A DNA stretch of 63,687 nucleotides, the filler included, from Octopus bimaculoides (lineage: Eukaryota), in NCBI RefSeq assembly GCF_001194135.2. It is 11 parts of 8 records of this genome, joined end to end, with 100 filler letters (N's around TTAATTAATTAA, not from the genome) between each part and the next. Parts side by side here need not be neighbours in the genome. Positions count along the whole stretch, not along the records: positions 34,562 to 47,816 come from NC_068993.1; positions 47,917 to 50,499 come from NC_068981.1; positions 50,600 to 53,797 come from NC_068996.1; 8 more parts are not named here. The stretch is one strand, 5' to 3'. Shown one piece after another: positions 40,251 through 53,897 of the stretch. The notes below the pieces were generated by a model. The model was not told the origin of the DNA. It did not search any database and worked only from the letters and a program-made list of their open reading frames with translations. How positions within the stretch are numbered: the stretch's first letter is position 1; every line of letters begins with the position of its first letter. Both the position numbers and the translations under genes were made by a program.

Positions 40251-41885
40251 TTGGCATAGTCTATTATTGTGATTAAGGAAATTAGATTTAAGGAAATTTA
40301 GAATATACAGGCCAACAAGATTACGTGCCTTAGCGCACAGAAACCCACCAACACAAAATCCCAGACTACAGCATACATGTGATCACAAAAACACAAATTT
40401 CACAACTTATGAAGTAAACGCAACACTGTTACTCGGCACACTGCTTCATGAAAGTTACTGCTAGCTCTCACTGCACAAACAACCGTATACTGCCATCTGT
40501 TGGTGCGCTACAGAACTGGTATGAGACCTTTTGATATCACGTTGTACGTCTATCGCTTCAATGCTGGTTAACAGGTGCAGTCGATGGCCCCGATCTATCT
40601 AACTAATAAGTTTATATTAGTTCGTAGGGGCTAATAATAGTTCAAAAAGGCAATTGGTTTTTTTAAACTGAGTGGTATAAAATTTGCGGGATTGTTTCTT
40701 ATTTGCTGGATCACAATATCCAGAAGAAAAAGTACACGATATCCAATTTGTGAATCTATCTGTAGTATTACGCCTTATGCTCTTGTCCGACGAACCATTT
40801 GCATACTTTGTTACTATAGCAACAGCAAATAAAAAATGGTGTCTATAATGGTCCATAATCAGTTGCCTGGGTTACATCCTTCTCATATTGGCTTTACATG
40901 TGAGGCAAGAAGGAATCATAAGTGGCTAATCGATCTGTTGGAAATAGCGTGAAATAATTTGCATATCCCACGCTGAATATGACAAAGAAGAAAAATACAG
41001 AGTATAACATAGTATGATATACAGTATGGCTGAATAAAAGAAAAGATGGTCGCAACAGTTACATCAAAGTCTACTCGATCAAGACAATTGGTGAAAGAAA
41101 TATAAACCATAAAAATGTGCTTTTATCTAGTGGACTAGGCTTTTGCGTGATACATGGCTTAACCAGAAAACCAAAGATCACTGATACTTAAATATCCGCC
41201 TCCCACGATACATAAATGTTTATATGAGGCAATGTATTACATGCAACCATCGCATTGAAATGTTGTAACTTTTTGTAAAAAGTGCTACAAAGAATTAGTG
41301 ATATTTCGAAAGGGAAATTTCATATTGCGTAAGTAGTAATATCATTGGCATCTTTTTTTCTCTCTAAATCAATGACATTCCTAAACTTGCATACATAAAT
41401 TTGAGCATATGCATATTTTCCCCACAATTTCGATAATCGTATTTTATGTCAAGATTAATAGACATTCTCTCCATAATGCTTCAAAAAAAAAAAAACGAAA
41501 ATAAAAAAGAAAAAGATTATGTAATTTGCCAACAGGATTCATCTGTGATCTCGGGAAGAAGAAACGTATATAATTTTTTTCTTTCATCATTATTCTTTGT
41601 TAATATTTTTCATTGAATTCAGAAAGAAAAATAATATACTTGTTGGATCTTTTAATTTTGCAATCATCAAAATATCGATAAGAAATATCAAACTAAAATC
41701 TTCCTCGGTGACAAGCTTATCACTGTTTTCTTTTCTACATCATTATCATCGGTGATATTGAATATTTAATTCTAAGCTGTTTCTCTGCTGTCGTAGTCGA
41801 CAATGCTGCACAGCACTACCTGACCCCCCAGTATTTTATCAGTCTTTATGATATTCATTCTCTAATATTATTTGTAGTTTTACGA

Positions 41886-42010
<125 letters not shown>

Positions 42011-42631
42011 GATATATGTGAGTGGCTGTATGTATGTAGGTAGGTATGCATGCATGTATGTATGTATGTATGTATGTAAGCATGTATGTATGTATGCATG
42101 CATGCATGTATGTATGTATCTATATATGTATGTATGTATGTATGCATGTATGTATGTNNNNNNNNNNNNNNNNNNNNNNNNNNNNNNNNNNNNNNNNNNN
42201 NNNNNNNNNNNNNNNNNNNNNNNNNNNNNNNNNNNNNNNNNNNNNNNNNNNNNNNNNNNNNNNNNNNNNNNNNNNNNNNNNNNNNNNNNNNNNNNNNNNN
42301 NNNNNNNNNNNNNNNNNNNNNNNNNNNNNNNNNNNNNNNNNNNNNNNNNNNNNNNNNNNNNNNNNNNNNNNNNNNNNNNNNNNNNNNNNNNNNNNNNNNN
42401 NNNNNNNNNNNNNNNNNNNNNNNNNNNNNNNNNNNNNNNNNNNNNNNNNNNNNNNNNNNNNNNNNNNNNNNNNNNNNNNNNNNNNNNNNNNNNNNNNNNN
42501 NNNNNNNNNNNNNNNNNNNNNNNNNNNNNNNNNNNNNNNNNNNNNNNNNNNNNNNNNNNNNNNNNNNNNNNNNNNNNNNNNNNNNNNNNNNNNNNNNNNN
42601 NNNNNNNNATCTATCTCTCTCACTCTCTTTC

Positions 42632-42676
<45 letters not shown>

Positions 42677-43121
42677 CATATGGAAGTACATGACAGCGAT
42701 TTCAAATAAATACATTGACGTTTATAGTAAGATAGCCTCAAACCAAACTATGATAAGATTTCAACTTTGAAAATCTCCATTGAAGTCACACAAGCTACAT
42801 CTTGCTTTAGTAACAAATATCATCTAATTTCCTAAAACTCCGATTGATCTCCGTTGAGCGATTCATAGCATGCAAATATGTAGTTATGTAGCTATGCATG
42901 TATGAGAATATGTATGCGTTCGTATATGCATGCATATATGTATGTATACATGTACACATGTATGTACGTTGCATATATACATGTCAATACCTCACACAGG
43001 TATATATATATATTAGCGTGTCTATGTGTGTGTGTACTTACATACACATACACTTTCATTAATAAGTTCTTCCAAAGCTAAATACCTATGTATGCATATG
43101 TGTGTGTGACATTATACTTTC

Positions 43122-43153
<32 letters not shown>

Positions 43154-43555
43154 GTAAGTATATATATAAGACTCATGTATGTATATGCATATACATACGT
43201 ATATATATATATATATATATATATATANNNNNNNNNNNNNNNNNNNNNNNNNNNNNNNNNNNNNNNNNNNNNNNNNNNNNNNNNNNNNNNNNNNNNNNNN
43301 NNNNNNNNNNNNNNNNNNNNNNNNNNNNNNNNNNNNNNNNNNNNNNNNNNNNNNNNNNNNNNNNNNNNNNNNNNNNNNNNNNNNNNNNNNNNNNNNNNNN
43401 NNNNNNNNNNNNNNNNNNNNNNNNNNNNNNNNNNNNNNNNNNNNNNNNNNNNNNNNNNNNNNNNNNNNNNNNNNNNNNNNNNNNNNNNNNACGTATATAT
43501 ATATATATATATATATATACGTATGTATATGCATATACATACATGAGTCTTTCTT

Positions 43556-43590
<35 letters not shown>

Positions 43591-43613
43591 CTATCCATAT
43601 ATGTATGGACGTA

Positions 43614-43649
<36 letters not shown>

Positions 43650-43750
43650 TATTCGTAACGGCTCTCAATTTAATTGCATGTCGCCTTACGTTCCTCTGTC
43701 TGAAAGTTGCAGCCATATCCTTGTTGTTATTATTCCTTTTCTTTGCACAG

Positions 43751-43798
43751 TGTTAGATCTTATGGTTCATATTGCGACAATTGACTCGGCTGACGTAG
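43751..43798 (+). CDS. Candidate exon (V)LDLMVHIATIDSAD(V); alternative donors at 43795 and 43799
   Basis: tattccttttctttgcacag| acceptor; only the phase-1 frame is open; GAC|gtaggt or TAG|gttagt. Confidence 0.6.
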
Positions 43799-43924
43799 GT
43801 TAGTTTGACACCGCCTGCTGTGACGATTACGATGAAACATGCATTAATTCAAACGGCCTTCTGACAGACCAAGATATTTGAATTAATATGTTCTAACATT
43901 ACATTTTTTTCTCGCCTCTTTTAG

Positions 43925-43988
43925 GGCAATGTCAGTGTTGTAAGAGTAACTTTTATGATATCATTGCACAGTGTCCAACATCTGAGAA
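43925..43988 (+). CDS. Candidate 64-nt exon: GQCQCCKSNFYDIIAQCPTSE (phase 1-2) or GNVSVVRVTFMISLHSVQHLR (phase 0-1)
   Basis: ttttttctcgcctcttttag| and GAA|gtaaga; each open frame matches one donor of the upstream exon. Confidence 0.6.
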
Positions 43989-44164
43989 GTAAGACTAGAA
44001 ATATTTAATGAATCATGTTTTTGCTGCGCCATGAAGCAGCGCATTGCGTGGTATATAAAGACTCATACTGAAAGAATACGATTCGAAAACTTGTAACAAT
44101 TCAGTTAAATGAATTCAATACCCCCACCACCACCACCACAAAGTAATTAAATGTTATAAGTGTC

Positions 44165-44590
44165 AAAGTTGGAGAGTTGGCACAGTCGTTAGCATACCGG
44201 ACATGGTGCTTTGCGGTATTTCGTCCCTATTCAATTTCTGTGTTCAAATGCTACCGGGGTCGACTTTGCCTTTTATCCTTCGGGGTGGATAAAATGAGTA
44301 GCAGTCGAGTACTGAGGTCGATGTAATCGATTTGTTCCCTCCCACAAAATTTCAGGTTTTGTGCCTTTAGTAGAAAGGAATATATATAAGTGTCTAAGCC
44401 GGTTGCTCGCACAATCGTTAGCACGCTGGACATAATGCTTAGCGGATTTTTGCCCCCGTCTTCACGTTCTGAGTTTTAATTCCGCCAAGGTCGACCTTAC
44501 ATTTCATCCCCTCGGAGTCGTTAAAATAAGTACCAGTCAACTTAGCCCCTTCCTCGAAATTGCGGGCTCTGTGTCAGAATTTGAAATGTG
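44165..44590 (+). mobile_element. Two tandem SINE family B copies
   Basis: ggtcgactttgccttttatcctttcggggtggataaaatgagtagcag, and a second ggtcgaccttacatttcatcccctcggagtcgttaaaataagtaccag. Confidence 0.75.
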
Positions 44591-45682
44591 TATATATGTG
44601 TTATGTTGTTGTTGGTGTTAAACAGAGTGACACATGTCACATACCATCTACGAGAAAGGATATTCAAGACACTTTTCTGTTTACCCAACTTTATTCCGTT
44701 GACCGAATCACAGCAGCAGCAGCACGAACAGTTGAACTAATGCCATAAACTACGCAGTAACTCATATTCATCTAACGACCCGGAACACATCTAAGTGGTC
44801 GTTGCTCGAGGTGCAAGTGGTCGTTGCTCGAGTGGTCGTTGCTCTTCCGATATACTCTGGCATCTTAAAAAAAGGTCCATTTTTAATGGCTCTGAAATAA
44901 AGACGAATTGGTCAGAGGTGAAATGTCTTTTATAATAATTATATTCTGTATGTATGTATGTATGTACATACACATAAGTATATATATATATATATATATN
45001 NNNNNNNNNNNNNNNNNNNNNNNNNNNNNNNNNNNNNNNNNNNNNNNNNNNNNNNNNNNNNNNNNNNNNNNNNNNNNNNNNNNNNNNNNNNNNNNNNNNN
45101 NNNNNNNNNNNNNNNNNNNNNNNNNNNNNNNNNNNNNNNNNNNNNNNNNNNNNNNNNNNNNNNNNNNNNNNNNNNNNNNNNNNNNNNNNNNNTATATATT
45201 GTTATATTTCGGCTTGGCCATTTGTTTTTCTTGTCAGTAAGCATACGCACCTTATATTCGTTCTTCACTTATTTATTATTGATCTTATTTTATCTTATTT
45301 CCATCGTCTCGAAATCATTCGCTATACATCTGTGACCTCTTCAGCGACTCTTCTCTTCAACCTCTTTCTTCCTATTCGGTTTTGTCCATATATATATGTA
45401 TGTATGTATGTATCTATCTATCTATATGTACACATACAGACACACATTCATACATAAGTGCGTGTGAGCGTGTGTATTTATCATTGCGTTGTATCTCTTT
45501 TTTATATTTAACAGACCAGCGTGATAAATAGAATTCTACAACAAAAATAAAAAATAATAATAGTAATAATAATAATTACCGGACTGAACACGTTACCGTA
45601 GCATAGCTACTAGCCCTGTGCATGTGAAAATTCAGCAGGCCAAATTCATCTATTATTTTAAACGATTTTACTGTTCTTTTAG

Positions 45683-45749
45683 TGGTTTACAATTGCAATA
45701 TCCGAACGAGTGGTAACGTTTCTGATTTTCGTAATTCCAGCATTGCAAG
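45683..45749 (+). CDS. Candidate exon (M)VYNCNIRTSGNVSDFRNSSIA(S), phase 1-2; sub-exons 45683-45712 or 45741-45749 are alternatives
   Basis: tttactgttcttttag| acceptor and a perfect AAG|gtgagt donor. Confidence 0.5.
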
Positions 45750-46367
45750 GTGAGTAATGAGACAGTTACATTACAGAGCACATCAATTAATCATCGCTAT
45801 ATATTCATAGCAATACTCTTGGTGTTATATCTTCCGAGTTCTCATTCATGCGTATTAGATGAATTTTTTTAATATATATTTAACATTATATTAACGCCTG
45901 GAAGGGAAACTGATCGTTATTATTGTGTAGAATTTCTTTTCCTCACTTATATTTTGCAGAACTTTTATCAAAATCATTCCACCAATATTCTATCAAATTA
46001 TGAATATATGAGTAACTATACCGCCATGTTTTTGCGTCTATCTATCTATCTATCCTTATAGCCTAACAGCTCTTACCGTTTGTTTTTACTGTTTTGTTCT
46101 TACTGCATTGCGGGAACGACTGTTGCAACGAGGTCATTTCTTGTCCCTACGTTCGAAACGCGGAGTAGATAAAACAGGGGGTAACTGATGAAGGGATTGT
46201 TCTTTATGCTGCGTGTCTCATTTCTCTATTTGTTTCTTTCGTTGTTCGAAAAAATTCGTTTTCTATAGTTGAGTTTTTTTTATGTTCACGTATTGATCAC
46301 GGTTTTTTAGCGTACTGTACCCATATATGCATGTATATATATATATACACATATATGTATGTATTTA

Positions 46368-46409
<42 letters not shown>

Positions 46410-47279
46410 NNNNNNNNNNNNNNNNNNNNNNNNNNNNNNNNNNNNNNNNNNNNNNNNNNNNNNNNNNNNNNNNNNNNNNNNNNNNNNNNNNNNNNNNNNN
46501 NNNNNNNNNNNNNNNNNNNNNNNNNNNNNNNNNNNNNNNNNNNNNNNNNNNNNNNNNNNNNNNNNNNNNNNNNNNNNNNNNNNNNNNNNNNNNNNNNNNN
46601 NNNNNNNNNNNNNNNNNNNNNNNNNNNNNNNNNNNNNNNNNNNNNNNNNNNNNNNNNNNNNNNNNNNNNNNNNNNNNNNNNNNNNNNNNNNNNNNNNNNN
46701 NNNNNNNNNNNNNNNNNNNNNNNNNNNNNNNNNNNNNNNNNNNNNNNNNNNNNNNNNNNNNNNNNNNNNNNNNNNNNNNNNNNNNNNNNNNNNNNNNNNN
46801 NNNNNNNNNNNNNNNNNNNNNNNNNNNNNNNNNNNNNNNNNNNNNNNNNNNNNNNNNNNNNNNNNNNNNNNNNNNNNNNNNNNNNNNNNNNNNNNNNNNN
46901 NNNNNNNNNNNNNNNNNNNNNNNNNNNNNNNNNNNNNNNNNNNNNNNNNNNNNNNNNNNNNNNNNNNNNNNNNNNNNNNNNNNNNNNNNNNNNNNNNNNN
47001 NNNNNNNNNNNNNNNNNNNNNNNNNNNNNNNNNNNNNNNNNNNNNNNNNNNNNNNNNNNNNNNNNNNNNNNNNNNNNNNNNNNNNNNNNNNNNNNNNNNN
47101 NNNNNNNNNNNNNNNNNNNNNNNNNNNNNNNNNNNNNNNNNNNNNNNNNNNNNNNNNNNNNNNNNNNNNNNNNNNNNNNNNNNNNNNNNNNNNNNNNNNN
47201 NNNNNNNNNNNNNNNNNNNNNNNNNNNNNNNNNNTATATATATATATATATATATATTTACTTATATATATGTAGAACG

Positions 47280-47435
47280 TACTTTCACGCTGTCTCTACC
47301 GTCCAGATTCACTCACAAGGCATTGGTCAGCCCGGAGATATAATGCAAAATCGCTTACAAAATTTACCGCTCTGTGCAAGTGACTCCCAAACCCCATGCT
47401 TGTAAAGCAAACTTCTCAACCACAAGGCCATGCCT
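47280..47435 (-). mobile_element. SINE family A, 5' half, diverged
   Basis: gattcactcacaaggcattggtcagcccgg...ttctcaaccacaaggccatgcct. Confidence 0.6.
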
Positions 47436-48299
47436 ACCGCTATGTTACATACACTTCACTTTACATCTAGTGTATTGTATCCTTCTGGCTATGTATTATT
47501 ACCGTCATGCACCAATCTTTGAAAAATCATATATCAGATTAATATCTGACCTCTTGCTTCGTGATCTCACCTCTACTACTCAATGTTACAAGATTCCACA
47601 TTCAGCACCAATATCTCACCAATATTGTCCGTCTTTATTCTCTTTATTCTAATTTTTTATATATTACTTTTCATCCATTTTCACCCGCTTCTTCTCTCCT
47701 TTCTTCCTTAGATTCCTGGGCGGAATTAATATTGTGTGTGTATGCGCGTGCGCGTGTCTGTCTGTCTGTCTGTGTGTATATATATATATATGCATATATA
47801 TATATATGTACATATANNNNNNNNNNNNNNNNNNNNNNNNNNNNNNNNNNNNNNNNNNNNTTAATTAATTAANNNNNNNNNNNNNNNNNNNNNNNNNNNN
47901 NNNNNNNNNNNNNNNNATATATATATATATATACATGTAGCCAATTCAAACAAGAACAAGCAAGAAAAAGCAACAACGCGAGGACGTGGTACAACTACTG
48001 TGTTATTGGACGATCAGGAAAGGAAAGAAAAGAGGATTTCTAAACTAACTAGCAGCACATCACCGACACTTAAGATAATATTTCTTCTTTATCTGTCCAA
48101 GAAGTAAAATAGGTAGTTTGATAGATGACTTGTTATTTAACACCAGGCTAGACCCGGCCCTGATCAAAGGCGTTCTAGTCATGACTGTTTCATTTTAGTT
48201 TCAGTATAGCGCATTTAGAATGACATTATTCAATATGACCTAATATGTTCTGCTGTTTTTTGTTTTCGTAAAAGTAACACTAGGGGAACTTGACAGTTA

Positions 48300-48420
48300 T
48301 TTGTAGAAAACTGAGTGAGTTCTTAGAAGCTGCTTCTCTTGTATAACCAAGTTGTATGTTGGTTGATATGTATTCAGAGACGTTGTGTTTTGTATATGAT
48401 TAAATAAGTATTTCTTGATA
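48300..48420 (-). mobile_element. Short decayed LINE RT fragment (L2/CR1-like)
   Basis: KKYLFNHIQNTTSLNTYQPTY/GYTREAAS resembles the ...FQSAYR.GHSTETAL region. Confidence 0.35.
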
Positions 48421-48583
48421 TAAGATATAATAGGATGCAACTCTCTGTTCTTTTTAAAATGTTTTAAAATAAAGGAAGGAACTATAGCCATGGTGTTGGC
48501 AGGCTCTCAATGAAGAATGATATTGATGTATATGACGCTCTTGTGAGCAGATGGAAGTTGATGATTATAGAAAAATAAAACGT

Positions 48584-48815
48584 AAGGCGGTGAGCTGGCA
48601 GAAACGCTAGCACGCCGGGCGAAGTACTTAGCAGCGTTTCGTCTGTCGTTACGTTCTGAATTCAATTCCGCCGAGGTCGACTTTGCCTTTCATCCTTTCG
48701 GGGTCGATAAATTAAGTACCAGTTACGCACTGGGGTCGATGTAATCGACTTAATCCCTTTGTCTGTCCTTGTTTGTCCCCTCTATGTTTAGCCCCTTGTG
48801 GGCAATAAAGAAATA
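48584..48815 (+). mobile_element. Intact SINE family B with a perfect 15-bp target-site duplication
   Basis: TSD AGAAAAATAAAACGT at 48569-83 and 48816-30; full head, central domain and tail. Confidence 0.9.
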
Positions 48816-49114
48816 AGAAAAATAAAACGTCTTTAGAGCGGAAGTGATGTTCTGGAGAGAAAAAAACTGAATGGTTAAAACATACTTCAGGAAAGGACAC
48901 AATATGGTTGATACGATGAGGTATGACGGGAAAGTTGGTTGAGACTGAGGAGAAAGCCTTTCTGTGTTGGACTGGCAATTGTAGTATGTTCGTGATTTTC
49001 TTTCTACTTTACTTTCTTTCTCTTTCTATCTGCTTCCTTTCATATACACGCATCCACCTCACTCTTGCTCTCTCCCGTTAGTACCTCTCTCTCTTGCTGT
49101 CTCTTGATAGCATC

Positions 49115-49145
<31 letters not shown>

Positions 49146-50462
49146 CTTCTTCTTCTTCTTCTTCTTCTTCTTCTTCTTCTTCTTCTTCTTCTTCTTCTTC
49201 TTCTTCTTCTTCTTCTTCTTCTTCTTCTTCTTCTAAACTAAGCGAAAGACGGTGGAGCAATTCCTATCATTGTCATAGTTGTTTAGACCAGGTCGTTCAT
49301 AATCAAGCAAACATATGATCCAAAATATTCAAGACGTGATCAGTCCCTCGTCTTTTTCCAAGGTACAATGAATTCATGACAACATTATCCGACATTCAGT
49401 TTTAACGAAAGACAATAAAATGTTACATGAGATTCATTCGACTGCTATATCTAGCAAGTAGAGAGACCACATAGATACTGATTCATAATTGCTGAAGTAA
49501 ACGAAAACGATTGATGTACAGAACGTGATTCTCGTTTTCAGGAGTAAGATTTATCATATTCTTTCTTAAGCAGTTTTATTGCTCCTTTTTAATTCTGTAT
49601 CTCATCTGGTTATGCTCGTGCAATATTTCCCAACAGAGAGACAACAAATCATCTAGAATCAAATTTATATTATAAATAACATTGCAACAGTGCCTTCTTC
49701 AAAGCGATGAAGAAGCAGTATATAATACTCCGTTTTGTGGTTTTCATTTCGTGTCTTTGGCATTTTCAATACTTAAATATTTGAATCTATAAAATAGAAT
49801 GTTTCTTTCGTAGCTGCGAACAATTTCAATGGCGTAGCTTCTAACTATTTCCAAGCCAGAGGCCAAAAGTAAGTTGTTCCTTTCATATCTTCCAATAATG
49901 TCTTTATTTTATTCCTAGTATTCTTATTTCAGTCAGGAAATATCTGTCGTATCAATAGCTTTGTATATATATATATATATATATACATTCCTTATAAATA
50001 TACTCCAACGACCTTAAATCGTGCCAAATACGCGGTTATGATAATATTTCTGCCAATAACTCTTTAGTTGTCGTTTATCATGTTTTCTAATTCATAGAGA
50101 TCACGCACGGCACTAGTTGCTTTGTGTATAAAAATATTTTCGATTACTGTCTTCAGTGATGCTAAGGAGTGGGACGAACTAAATATATTATACCATACTT
50201 GTTTGTCTTTGGATTTAAATCGCAGCCTAATAATACAAATATGTCTCCATTCCTTTGTCTTTTCTTCTCATGATGAGGGGGGAAATTTTAAATGCAAAGA
50301 CAGCGTTACACCTAAATATAAATACTAGTCTATTAAAGATTTATGCTGTTAAGTAAAAAGTTCAATAACTTGAATTTAAACTTGTTTACAAATTTCTTGC
50401 TTATGTTGGTTATGTTAATTTCATAAACTGTAACATATACATAGACATACATACATATATAA

Positions 50463-50499
<37 letters not shown>

Positions 50500-50939
50500 N
50501 NNNNNNNNNNNNNNNNNNNNNNNNNNNNNNNNNNNNNNNNNNNTTAATTAATTAANNNNNNNNNNNNNNNNNNNNNNNNNNNNNNNNNNNNNNNNNNNNA
50601 TGTCAAGATGGATTTTTATGTATTCTTCCTCCCACTTGGATTTGAAATGTTGCCACAATTATAATACGTCTATTCTACTGTAATTTTCTGCATTTTCGTG
50701 CAGCTGAAGATTGCTCTACATATTGCATTTAATGTAATGCTCGCATTACTTAAATAAATGGAGTAGCATGAAACGTGCGTATTGCAACCATCTTTGAAAT
50801 CCGTGTTGCTTATTTTGATTTTTTGATCACCTAGTTTTTCGAATGGTCTTTATATAATACCATACCATACTATATTCTGGTGCCTAAACATAAGTACCAT
50901 ATTCAATTTTTGAATCTAAATCTAAACCTTTATATATAT

Positions 50940-51100
50940 ATAGGCGGACTTCTTTTTGTTTCTGTCTACCAAATCCACTCACAAGGCTTTATTCGGCCCA
51001 AAGCTATAGTAAGAGACAGTTGCCCAAGGTCACATGCAGTGGGATTGAACTCAGAAACAGGTGGTTGGTTATAAAATTTCTTACCATACAGTCATGCCTG
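50940..51100 (-). mobile_element. SINE family A, 5' half
   Basis: tctaccaaatccactcacaaggctt...ttgcccaaggtcacatgcagtgggattgaac. Confidence 0.8.
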
Positions 51101-51154
51101 CACCTCCACTTACACACACGCATACGCACAGATACACAGACACATACACATACA

Positions 51155-51222
<68 letters not shown>

Positions 51223-52164
51223 NNNNNNNNNNNNNNNNNNNNNNNNNNNNNNNNNNNNNNNNNNNNNNNNNNNNNNNNNNNNNNNNNNNNNNNNNNNNNN
51301 NNNNNNNNNNNNNNNNNNNNNNNNNNNNNNNNNNNNNNNNNNNNNNNNNNNNNNNNNNNNNNNNNNNNNNNNNNNNNNNNNNNNNNNNNNNNNNNNNNNN
51401 NNNNNNNNNNNNNNNNNNNNNNNNNNNNNNNNNNNNNNNNNNNNNNNNNNNNNNNNNNNNNNNNNNNNNNNNNNNNNNNNNNNNNNNNNNNNNNNNNNNN
51501 NNNNNNNNNNNNNNNNNNNNNNNNNNNNNNNNNNNNNNNNNNNNNNNNNNNNNNNNNNNNNNNNNNNNNNNNNNNNNNNNNNNNNNNNNNNNNNNNNNNN
51601 NNNNNNNNNNNNNNNNNNNNNNNNNNNNNNNNNNNNNNNNNNNNNNNNNNNNNNNNNNNNNNNNNNNNNNNNNNNNNNNNNNNNNNNNNNNNNNNNNNNN
51701 NNNNNNNNNNNNNNNNNNNNNNNNNNNNNNNNNNNNNNNNNNNNNNNNNNNNNNNNNNNNNNNNNNNNNNNNNNNNNNNNNNNNNNNNNNNNNNNNNNNN
51801 NNNNNNNNNNNNNNNNNNNNNNNNNNNNNNNNNNNNNNNNNNNNNNNNNNNNNNNNNNNNNNNNNNNNNNNNNNNNNNNNNNNNNNNNNNNNNNNNNNNN
51901 NNNNNNNNNNNNNNNNNNNNNNNNNNNNNNNNNNNNNNNNNNNNNNNNNNNNNNNNNNNNNNNNNNNNNNNNNNNNNNNNNNNNNNNNNNNNNNNNNNNN
52001 NNNNNNNNNNNNNNNNNNNNNNNNNNNNNNNNNNNNNNNNNNNNNNNNNNNNNNNNNNNNNNNNNNNNNNNNNNNNNNNNNNNNNNNNNNNNNNNNNNNN
52101 NNNNNNNNNNNNNNNNNNNTTCTTCTTCTTCTTCTTCATCTTCTTCTTCTTCTTCTTCTTCTTC

Positions 52165-52221
<57 letters not shown>

Positions 52222-52885
52222 CAATAAATAACAATAATGTTAACTCATAAATAATATTGAATAAATAATAATAATAATAATAATAATATTAATAATAATG
52301 ATAAGAAGAAGAAGAAGAAGAAGAAGAAGAACAACAACAACAACAACAACAACAGCTGATATAGTTACGAAGAATAACAAATATTTAATACGAAATTTCG
52401 TAATCATAGTCATAAGCACACTATGGCTAGTGATGAAAAAAGAGATAAACGTATTAGAATACAAGTCTCCCTCTATAAAACCCGATGTACTCACAAAACA
52501 CATGCGCATACGCACCCCTAACAAAAGCAAAAATCATAGAAAAAGATAAGAGAGGAAAACAGGGAAGACATGGGAGAAAGGAGGAGAGATAGATTGTGCT
52601 ATATTAATTTTGTTCTGAAGCTTTAAGTTGTTATTGAATACTATTAAATAAATTAACATTATCAGTTTGTAACTTTTTAGGCTGTGATATGATGGATCTA
52701 TCTGTAGAATATATTAGATAGTATGTGTATGTATGTATGTATGTATGTATGTATATATGTATGTATGTATGTATATATATGCATATATGCATACATACAC
52801 CTATATGTGTGTGTGTATGTGTGTGTAAGTGTATGTATATACAAACACACACACACACACACACACGTATATATATATATATATA

Positions 52886-52927
<42 letters not shown>

Positions 52928-53030
52928 TATATAATGTCGTTATGCGCGACTATAAAAATATATAGAATGACACTAACTCACAAGAATTTGTGTCATTCTA
53001 TATTTAGATATGGATGCACACACACACGCA

Positions 53031-53079
<49 letters not shown>

Positions 53080-53185
53080 ACACACTATTATAGAGGGGAC
53101 AATTTTTCTTTAAATCATACTACATTGAAGAAATATAACTGTGTTTAATCTCTTTTTCTTAAATATTTTTGTGTTTCTTTTGCAG

Positions 53186-53288
53186 CGGTTTCTGGAGGAA
53201 TAGAATTCCCAAGAGCGTAGACATTCCGAGACCTGCGACACATAATACAAAGCACGAAACAAAACTAGATAGAACAACTATCAGTTGA
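53186..53288 (+). CDS. Candidate terminal coding exon GFWRNRIPKSVDIPRPATHNTKHETKLDRTTIS* (phase 2)
   Basis: Strong acceptor tttttgtgtttcttttgcag|; phase matches the upstream candidates; no donor seen before the stop. Confidence 0.4.
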
Positions 53289-53897
53289 TAACGCTACCAA
53301 CGTATAATGAATTCCACAAAAGGTAGATTAATTATGGAAGAGTTATTAATAATAAAATACAAGCATACTGATATAGCTCACATAAGAGAGCGATGGTGTA
53401 AAAGAACCTCCTTTCAGGTATGTGTCGATGGTTCAGCGACTGGTGGATGCGAGATCATCGATACATATATGTGTGTTCAAACAAATGTGAATTTTTATAG
53501 TTATATAATAGAAATATGTATAGCGGTAGATGTGCGTTTGATGAGTGCGTGAAAATATGTACATAAAGGAGTATGTTTATGCGAGTATGCACATATATAT
53601 ATACCATTTGCGCATGCTCGTTTTCTCGTTACAGTGTAATAGCCCCAAATGTACATGCACACAAGGGTGTTTGAATTTTTATTAATATTCTTTTGTGGAC
53701 GTATATGAACATGGTTTTAATCCGTGGGCGCGTACATAGTGTATGTAAATAAGTGTTACATATACACACACACACACACGTATATATATATATATATNNN
53801 NNNNNNNNNNNNNNNNNNNNNNNNNNNNNNNNNNNNNNNNNTTAATTAATTAANNNNNNNNNNNNNNNNNNNNNNNNNNNNNNNNNNNNNNNNNNNN

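Noticed and set aside
46140-46260. CTGATGA at 46185 with GAAA motifs upstream and downstream
   Set aside because: Stems I-III could not be closed in type I or type II topology; probably a decayed Penelope-type repeat.
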